Positions 54,250 through 64,000 of a stretch of DNA of 64,000 nt are shown here, piece by piece. This stretch comes from Eledone cirrhosa. Its lineage: Eukaryota. The notes under the pieces are model-generated. The model had not been told where the DNA came from, did not search any database, and was given only the letters and a program-made list of their open reading frames with translations. The position numbers and the translations under genes were made by a program. Numbering within the stretch: the first letter of the stretch is position 1; every line of letters starts with the position of its first letter. The stretch spans positions 88,474,001 through 88,538,000 of the forward strand of contig OZ024746.1 of NCBI GenBank assembly GCA_964016885.1, read 5' to 3'.

Positions 54250-57200
54250 CTTGGAACTCTTTTAACAATTCTTTGATCTTATATTATATATATATGGATA
54301 TAATGACACAAATTTATATTTCAAGAAAGTGAAGGAGAGCAATATAGAAATATAGATATATAGATACACAGAAAGAGAGAGAGAGAGAGTGAGTGAGAGA
54401 TAGCGACAGACGGGAGTAAAAAGTGAGTGTGTCTGTGTGTGTAGATGTTTATGTGTATGTTTGTGTGTGAGATTGATCGACAGAGTGATGATTACACTGG
54501 AGTTTTTCGCCCGATACCTAGAAGCACACGATTTCAAAATAGTTGACGGAACAGAATATGTCTAAAATCAACGAACAAAATAAAGTAGTAATACATCAAA
54601 TTATTAATTACTTTCAACTAATCGACAATTAATGTTACAGGAAATACAACCAATTTGGCAGAGAAGAGTAGTTAATTTTTTTTTTATTGAAAAGTAGACA
54701 GTGATTCATTTCCATTCGATGCAAATGTACTTGCAGGAAAATTCCTATTGAGACTAACTTTTTGGGCGGAAACGATGAAGAAGACTAACTTGATGTCAAG
54801 ATGTATATGTTTCTTTATTCATGCATATGGAGATGTATATCCAATTTTTTGGATTGCCGTTGCTTAATGTAAACATGGCATATTATGATAATGAAAACCA
54901 ATAGTTTTATTTATTAAGGATTGATAATTACTATTTGAAAGTCAGTACTGTTGAGGTTTTTGTTTTGGTTAGCCACATGGCAGATCTAACTAGCCAAATG
55001 TATCCTTAAATGAGCATCACATCATGTGCCACTGTGCAGCCCTCCAAATTAATATCATATTTAAGACGATAGCGTGTTTTGGGGAAATTGACGCCCTACT
55101 ATAGAGGTTGTCATATACATAGAGGCACACACATACTCCACAAACACATACACACCTATATATAGGTGTTTAGATAGTTCCATGTATGTGTTCGTTTGTT
55201 CGCGTGAGTGTACAAGTATATTTATATTTTTAAATGAGACACCCATTTAACTTAATATCATTTCAGAAATTATATTAGATCTACAAACATTTATCGCTAT
55301 TTTGTGTTGTCACTTCATCTATTTAAATTGAGTTCATCAATATTATTGGATAATCATGAATCTTTGGGCACAGATTTATGCAGACATTTCCCATTTAAAA
55401 ATATATATTCCTAGACATAATTATGAGTGATATTGATTGTTGTAATCTGTGCTCATATATATGTATATATTAATCTACATGTTTAGCAGGAATGAGGACT
55501 TTGATATATGTGATAGTTTCTATGTATCTACACGCACGAGAAGCTTTTTTCATGTAGAGATTTAAGAATAGTATTGCTTAGGCGCTTCGTTCCATTGTGT
55601 AGATAACATTTATTTACAATTATATTCCCAGTCGTCTGAGCCAAGAATTATGTGAGATATTGCGATTTTTACCAGCTCTGCACTTCAATTCTCAGACACA
55701 CGAATTATTGTTTGCAAGGGCTGCTATGGGGGAATGTCGTTTTGAACTGCTTCATCACCCACCCTAGTCTCTTGATCTGCCCATTGATTATCATCTGTAA
55801 CTAAATATAAACATCACTTGGCTGAGAACCATCATCGCTTTGATGATATTATCATATATGTTGTTGAGGGTGTTTTCATTAACAGGATAACATATGTTTT
55901 ACCAATGGGATCTGAGTAATTCAAAACAAACTGATGAATTGTGTTGACCACAAGAGAGACTAGGTTGAAAAATAAACAACATATAGTGTCATTCCATGAG
56001 AATACATTGATCATCATATGAACGTTTCAGTCGAACATCGTATAAACTTGTTAATGCTGCTCACATGAATACCTTTCATGCTTTCTCATTGCAAAAGAAT
56101 ATCTTATCGTAGTAGGGAAAATGTTCGATACATTTGTGCCTAATATTTCCTAAATATTAGCATATTTATTTGTATCTATTATAAGAGACAAATACAATGT
56201 CCATATAAAGTCCACATCCTGATTAACTACATATCAGTATATTGATTAGGAAGAGTAAAAGTAAAATATAAAAGAGAAAGACACCATGTTATAATGCATT
56301 ATTAAGATGGTTTTGATTACTGGGGGATTTACATGGACTACGGTTGATTTGCCTTCTAGCTCTAGCCAATATCTCATTAAATTATCTCCAAAATTAATCT
56401 TTCCTATTAACAGGTCAGAATTATTACAGCTTATTTGCGTTTCGTTAATTATATTTCTCTTACCGAATCTGATCTATGCTTACTAAATTTAGATCCTGAT
56501 AGCGTATTATTGATCATAAAAAAATAATATTCTGCATTACTGTCACTTTAAGAAAGACGTGTGCTACAAAGTAAAACATATAGAAACAGTTCAACAAATA
56601 TTTTCAAAATTCGGCAAAAAGGACAGAATGAACAGAACGATAAAATGCTGTTTTCTTAGAAACCTAACAGAAGAGATATATGACAAAGAGGGTGTATCAT
56701 GTAGTGGTGATAGTTACAGAAGATATCATGGCTTAGTAAAATATTGCAGCTTGTAGTAATAAGTATTTTCTAATAATTGCTCGACGACCATCTAAATTGT
56801 AATTAAGTGTATAGTCATACACTAGTCATTATATCGGAGTATTGTATTTACCTTCTCTATTGCAGTAGATGCAATATTCCATTAACATTACACACAGGAA
56901 TAACCTAGCCATAACATAAGGAGCATTTTGTTTTGCAGCATATAGAAATAATAAATGAATATTTTACTGTATACTATTATGTGTAATTGTTCGTTTTCCG
57001 TTATCAACGAAGGAAACCTGTGATAATCGCAGAGAAGTCATTGTTCTTAGTCCCGCCAACAAGAGACTGGGGCACTCCATTATAAAGCATGTTAAGAATA
57101 CCTGGATATTAAGCATGTTCGCTTGCAAGTATCGTGCATTTCCGTTTACAGAAGTAATCTTGACAGCGCTGTAATAATTCCTTTTTCATGTACCTTATAG

Positions 57201-57846
57201 TACACGTACAATAAAATATTCTAAGGTTTGATTTAATCATTTATAAATATAATAATTCATAATCGAGTACCCGAATATGATATTAGGGACTCATAGTGGA
57301 AGAAAAAATATACGTAGAAGTATATTCCTTTTATGTTGATTAATTTTGGACAGTGGGTTTCACCATCATTCGTAATATATAGAATATCATTTTGCAAACG
57401 TAACATTGAATTTAATGCTGGCAATTGTGCCAGTGTGTGTTTTATTCGTGTATATCATAGCATGAATGCCAAGACGAGAGCGTTTCAAATACAGAATTTA
57501 TTAACATATAAGGGGAAAAATCGAAATTTAAATGTAGTATCATTTGATATGGTACATGCAACGGTAAGATGAGAGATCGTAGGATATCTATTAAAATATG
57601 AAGCTACAACTGTGAAATCTTGAGCATCCAGAATATATAACCTTGTTCTCTAGACAGTATTTGTCACTATTACTCTTAATTTTGCTTTTTGAGTAAACAG
57701 TTTACAGTTAATTTTCATCGGGACATGTTGAACAAGCTGGTCTTCAAGGCTAACCAAGCAGACGTACACATTATGATGCCATTGTAGTAAAGGGCCTTAA
57801 TAAGTATATTCAATCTCGCCCTGCCGAATGGAGCTGCCCTATAATT

Positions 57847-57903
<57 letters not shown>

Positions 57904-58040
57904 GAATAGAATGAAGAAATAGGAGAAATAAGTACCACAAAGAAATAAAGTGTTAAGATTATATCTAATAGTAATAATTGTGCATTGTAAGTGTGTGCAA
58001 ATATAATATATTACAGTTAGGTGTGAAACTATATATATAA

Positions 58041-58094
<54 letters not shown>

Positions 58095-59891
58095 GGGAAT
58101 ACGTGTATGTGCATGTGTTTATGCATGTGCTTGAGTGTGCATATGAAGCATGAAATCAGCCAATTACATCTGTTATGCACCATCGATATTTTTCTCACTT
58201 CTATTGTGAAAATGAGAAAGTCAGCGGATTTGTGTGTATAGTGACTGACTATTCCGATATAATTGGCCTGTTGCCTCTGTGGCTCTACGTGGTGTATCGA
58301 TTTTTGAAATATTCTACTGCGATAGTGAACTGCTGATATCAACATTTCATTATTCTGGATCAATGTCATATTTATTTTAACCCCAAGAAGACGAATGAAT
58401 TTGCGGGTATTGTAGAATAGTCAGTTATGCACTGTACAGTTATTATCAATTATTATTCCATACACTTTCTATAAGTACGGGAAAATCGTGTTCATTTTAA
58501 GAACAAGACGAAATAATATTGCAACTCGTAATTGATGTATAAATGTATGCACATATGTAATTATTCTTTTTCACGGAACACACACACATGCACGCACACA
58601 CACGCACACGTACACACACATATATACCCATACTTCCTCACACACCCACATCCACACATACATACACATACACACATACATACTCACAAACAAATTCACA
58701 CACACACACATTTACATACGGCCATACACAATCAAACCCACTCACAAACTGACACATTTTGTTTGAAAAACGCATATTCACCATCATCTGTCCACTCCAC
58801 ACACAACATATACAAAATGTTGTATTTAACAGCTATACCCTTGCTGTTTCGACCATGAAGAGAAACCATATTGTATCATCACTGTCCCCTATTAACAACT
58901 GTGGCACGAGTCGTCATACGCCAGTCATGTCTTCATCGCATCTTGTACTAGTGTCCCCGTTTTATAAAAGAAATGGCAGTGAATTAATTTTGTGTTTTCT
59001 TTTATTGACCACATGTTCGTTTGTTCCTTCAAGATCTACATCCTTTTGCTTGTTAAATTGTTAAAATTGAAATCCGTGTTTCAATATATTATACATAGAA
59101 ACGCACACTAAGTTATGTTAATAGTTATGTAAACATACTTGTTGCATGCAAATGGTTTCCTCACACACAGAAGTTATGCTGTATATTAAAGTATACCTGT
59201 CTAAAGACATCAATAGCTTTAAAACCTCTCTATATAGTCCCTAATGTTAACGCACCCAGTATCTATCCTTTATTAACTGACATTTAAAAATAACTGTCCC
59301 TCTTTGTTTGTTCGCTTCACTTATACTTGCATACATTTCTGCTTCATTCAGCATTCAACTACTCTAACATCTCCTATGCACAATTTAATATAGTGCAAAC
59401 GATGGTTCTTAAAGCAGTTAGTTTTTCTCAATCGATTCCTATAAACAAAGATTGAGCGCTGCTATCAAACACAGAATTATTTGCACCGATTAATCGTAGA
59501 ATTACTTTGTTATGACGCGAGGTAATTGTCGCTCGGAATTTGATTTTAACCTGAAATCATGTTTATATAGTTATATTTTCTTACAGTAAAAATGTATATA
59601 CGGCAATAGAATCAATAAAAACAAACGAATTAGAAATATGATTCGTTTTCCATTTCACTACCACAATACAATTACTGATATAACCAAACAAGTAGTTGAA
59701 TTGATAAATCAAAAGAGAGACAACAAAAGTATGTTTGTATAACCCTATTTTATGACGTGTTTTGTGATCCATTCCCAAGCCTTCTTTTGTCTCAAAACCT
59801 AACGTCTCGTGGAATGTTCTTAAGCTTCATGAATCAATACTGTGTTCTGTGAACAGAATCTGCGACTAATTTAGACAAAACTTGGAATGAT

Positions 59892-60146
59892 CTGGAGAAA
59901 TATAATTGTTTCTACTTTTGACACAAGGCCAGCAATTATCCAGTACATTACTGGTACTTTATTTTATCGACCCCGTAATGATGAAATGCAAATTTAACCT
60001 CGACGGGATTTGAACGGAAACCGTAAAGAGACGTAACTATGCTAGAAATCATAGCGTTAAGCCCTCTACACCTGGAGAAATATAATTGTTTCTACTTTTG
60101 GCACAAGGCCAAACATTACTGGTACTTTATTCTGGAGAAATATAAT
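59892..60146 (-). mobile_element. SINE plus SINE fragment bracketed by three copies of a 15-bp target
   Basis: CTGGAGAAATATAAT at 59892, 60072 and 60132. Confidence 0.92.
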
Positions 60147-61496
60147 GCATGCTCGTTTGTGACATACACGTATTAATAACCCATTTCTAGGGAATTCAAG
60201 CGACAATATCCCCATTATGTCATAAGCATACTACATGTTGCTGAGTGCACTGTTGTTCATCTAATACTCAGCTCTTTGAAAGGTGAAAGGGCTTATCACA
60301 ATTATTCATCTTTTACATATCAAGTAACAATTGTTACGTGTCTATTTAGATGATACTGTGTGAAGAAATAATTATGTTGTATTCTTTTCTGTTGTAGTTC
60401 GAACTATAATGTAGACAAACTCCACCTTTGTGTAGGTAGATGATGTTTATACGAAGAAGTGATTATGTGCTATGGAATGCATATGTGCATGGATCATCAC
60501 TTGACAAACATTAAAAGCAAGTTCACATCCAGGAAATTAAAAACGATAGAAAGTACAGAATGTCTGCCTTTATACGGAGAGCATGTATTTTTGAAACAGA
60601 AAATCCGTATTCAATATCTTGTCTAACAATATATTTAAACAATCCTTTGGTTTGTAGAAACGTTACTAATGTGATAGGAAATTCTTGTGTCTAATTCAAT
60701 ACGGTTTGGGACAGTTAAAATTGAATAATTTCTGCAAATATATCCGTTCGTTCTGAGAATTCATTCACAGGATTTACTAGATACAGAATCCTAATAACCA
60801 TAATGAAAACATTATAATTTCCCTCCATATATTTTATCCCAACTAATTACCATATGATTTAGTGTGTCATACCAAAAGGTATGAAATAATGGAACGGTAA
60901 ATGTTATGTTGTATGGCCAGGTAGATATACAGGAAACAAACATCTAATTGGCAAGTATAGTAAACTTTCAAAAGAGGGAGGCTGCAATGATCTATATAAT
61001 TTCTGATGTGATGAGAATGTTTCACATTCGTACATTTGTTGCAGTCGACCTTTTCGACAGTACTTGCTTCTTAGCCTTTAGCTTTTAACGAGCAGCTGAA
61101 ATTCGTTTATGCAATAAACTTATATTCCCCTTTACGGAATTTGATTCTACGTCTGTATAGATTGTTACATTAATAGGAATAGTGTGTGCACATTATGTCT
61201 AAGGAAACTAATCTGTCTATCAGAGAGACGTTGCTGTCAACATTCAGGATATTGCAGTATTATGTAAAGTATTTCCCACATTATATGCATGTTATTGACT
61301 TCCGTGAGAAAAGACGTCTGAATCCTCTTATTTAAATTTGTTGAGGCATGTATAAGTATATATATATATATATATTAAATTGTTAAACAATATTCAATGG
61401 TTATGTCAAATAATGAGCTTTACACTAGATTGGAAGCGCTCAACGGCAAAAATAATTTTCTGGAGTTATTAATATTAAAATATAAGTATTAATAAA

Positions 61497-61548
61497 ATTT
61501 GATTATACATATTTCGGATGTACAACAGTACGTCCTCATCAGACAAAT
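61497..61548 (-). ncRNA. Type I hammerhead motif
   Basis: atttgt CTGATGA GGAcGTAC-tgtt-GTACaTCC GAAA TATGTA TA^atcaaat: intact core, 7/8 stem II, near-palindromic stem III, bulged stem I. Confidence 0.78.
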
Positions 61549-63173
61549 ATAATGATACATGACATACCATTAGATGTTAAATGGTTAAGATTAATCAAGG
61601 TAGAGATTAACCCGATAGAAAATTTTACTTATATCCTATCTATGAGAAAATGCGAAAACGTAATAAATTAATTAGAGAATGTGTGAGTAATAAAAAACGT
61701 TGCATACTGTAAGTGTTCTAAAATGTTAAAGTGTATGATACTACGATATATCTAGGAAAACGTCTCATGAATCATAACAGCCAGTGATAGCCACTGGAAA
61801 AAGATTTATAAAGAGGGAAAACTAAAGTGTGTTTGTTTCGTAAGTTAAACGGTTAGATTTGAAAATATTTAATTTATTTTATTAGGGTGAAGACTCCCGA
61901 TATCAGGAGTATTTGCCGGTTATTTATATATTATTTATCTAAATTCGATAAGTGTGTTATCTTTTCTAAACTTCTGAATTGTGAGAGTAACATTTAAAGG
62001 ATTTAGCTGGCACATAAAGAATGAAATATTATACTGTTGATTATTTACCTAAATTTAAACTTTAACAAATATACCAACATATTAGGTATGTAAAGCTGTT
62101 GAAGTACTTATTGTTATAAATATTGAAATAACTATTATGTATATAGGTATATATTAGTGAGCCAATATGTTTAAGGTAAATAATAACGACGAAGATAAAA
62201 ATAAAATATGATAATATATTGAAGGATGTTAAGGATAAATATATACCTATGTATAACTGGGTGTAAATGCAACTAATTATTCTTCAACCAAGATATCAAC
62301 ATATTATTAGATATAGGGATGTATATATATAGATATATATTAGGTATTAGTAGTGTAGTATACTTTAGGTAAATGATAACAGTTATAATCTTATCAACGT
62401 GTCACATTTAAATACATATATATATACATATAAGAAAAACAACAATGAGTGCATGGATAATACAGAGTTCAAAATAATGTCTCTAATAATTTTTAGTTTG
62501 GATATTTTCTCTATATTTGAATCATATATATAGAAATGTGGTAGGTATATTTAAAAATATATTAAATATAATATATAACTACATATATATTATAATACAT
62601 TATTTCATGAATAAATAAGAGATCAAAAATACAGCGAAAAATTCACATTTATATATAAGTTTGAATCCCTCTCAAAATTTAGATTTTATAGTGCAGTAAA
62701 TATATTTAAAAGAAATATATGCTATATTATATTATAAATACTCATCAAAAACTCATTAAAAATTTAGAGTTATAGATAAATTTCATAAACATTTATGGAT
62801 TGGGTATTAAACTAAAATTTAAAAGAGATCACAAATGTATTAAATATTCACAGTTAAATAAATTCCATAAATATGTAAGGATTAGGTATTATACTAAATT
62901 ATAATCATAGATAGAAATAAGGAGATAAAGAAATGATGGCATTGATCAAAATTAACAAATAATGTTGTGTGTATCAATGTTTAGGCATGTTAATTGAAAT
63001 ATTGTCATTCATTCTAGCGTTGTTTCTTCTATAGATAGTTATAAAATAAAGCAATATTAAAGGCCATTAATGTTTTTTACTTTTGATTATATATTCCTGG
63101 TAACCGAGTTGTTATTGGTTCTTTCTTTCTCATTTTATGTGAGGCTAAAATAGAGGACGTGGCTTTATGGAGG

Positions 63174-63440
63174 CAACTAGAGAATAATTCACTTTTTTTC
63201 TTAATTAGGGTCTCATAAATATTAATAATCAACAGGGTCTCCATTGTACAGAGCGGGCAGGTATTTGATATACTAGAGTTACGGTAAATTTCACAGTTCT
63301 TTGGACAAAACTTCGGAACTGTGGAATTTACCACAACTCTAGTATATCAAATAACTGCCCGCTCTGTACAATGGAGACCCTGTTGATTATTAATAATTAT
63401 GAGACCCTAATTAACAAAAAAGTGAATTATTCTCTAGTTG
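63174..63440. repeat. Near-perfect hairpin with ~125-bp arms and 16-nt loop
   Basis: 63174-63299 versus reverse complement of 63316-63440. Confidence 0.92.
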
Positions 63441-64000
63441 AATTATTCTCTTTTAAGACATATTTGTCTTAAAAGACTTATTTTTCAGTGACTTCTCAAT
63501 CAGACGAAAAAGGACACTCTTCGACAAACCTACATTTGGCGCAAAATCAATTTTTAACATTCACGTGTCCTCTACCGACCAATCAAAATTGTTTTGACTA
63601 CAAGAATTTTTGCAACACGAATTGGCGCGAATTTATAGTACTCATTCACGTGACATTCAACAACCAGCCAAATCTTAATACATCTGCAGCCACTTTTTTC
63701 ACATAAAACAGGAGAATTTCCCAAACTGATGAGATTAGAGCAAACATAACGGGAGCTCTATCTCAAAATTATTTTTGAAAAGTATTAGAAATGCGCAACC
63801 AGTAAAAACTTAAAACTAAAACTGAATACTAACCAATACTTATTACTAATTTATACTTATTCCTAATTGAACTATTTTTCACTGGGAAAAATGTGTAAGC
63901 ATTTTCTTTTCCTTTTACTAATATATATATATTTATATATATATATGTACCCATATACACATATACACATTTATATATATATATATATATATATAGTAAT

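Larger units (their letters stand above)
61376..63440 (-). mobile_element. Naiad-like PLE 3' remnant: endonuclease C-terminus, ~1.6-kb AT-rich 3' region, HHR, 5' fold-back
   Basis: Minus 63077-63334 has CPLCTMETLLII...KKKSELFSSCLH (CxLCxxE...SELxSxCxH tail). HHR at 61497-61548. Ends in (TA)n. Continuity of the middle part is inferred. Confidence 0.7.

Noticed and set aside
63490-63660. CCAAT, E2F-like and E-box motifs as a promoter
   Set aside because: Short motifs with no linked gene; cannot be distinguished from chance or TE sequence.

Overview
AT-rich eukaryotic non-coding DNA, almost entirely repeats. The SINE family and the very high (TA)n/(CA)n density suggest a coleoid cephalopod such as Octopus (inference only). 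I found no supportable host gene; most listed ORFs are [12 protein letters not shown] microsatellite artefacts. Recognisable content: Penelope-like element (PLE) remnants (Neptune-like 1-1027; Naiad-like ~25.1-25.6 kb and ~61.4-63.4 kb), a CRE-clade fragment (3.8-4.7 kb), two R4/Dong-clade RLE retrotransposons in an (AAT)n tract (32.0-37.2 kb), an inverted RTE fragment (51.1-51.6 kb), about 25 copies or fragments of one tRNA-derived SINE, and several inverted-repeat elements. Four patterns stand out. (1) At least eight hand-foldable minimal hammerhead ribozyme (HHR) motifs, plus decayed ones, mostly in short non-coding islands next to (TA)n tracts. (2) A non-coding family with TGTTA...TAACA inverted termini, an ATAT-like 4-bp flank and an HHR in or beside the inverted repeat. 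(3) SINE arrays whose units are separated by locus-specific repeated target sequence, suggesting serial insertion at one site. (4) A recurring fold-back geometry across unrelated retroelements. All folds and alignments were done by eye and ribozyme activity is untested.
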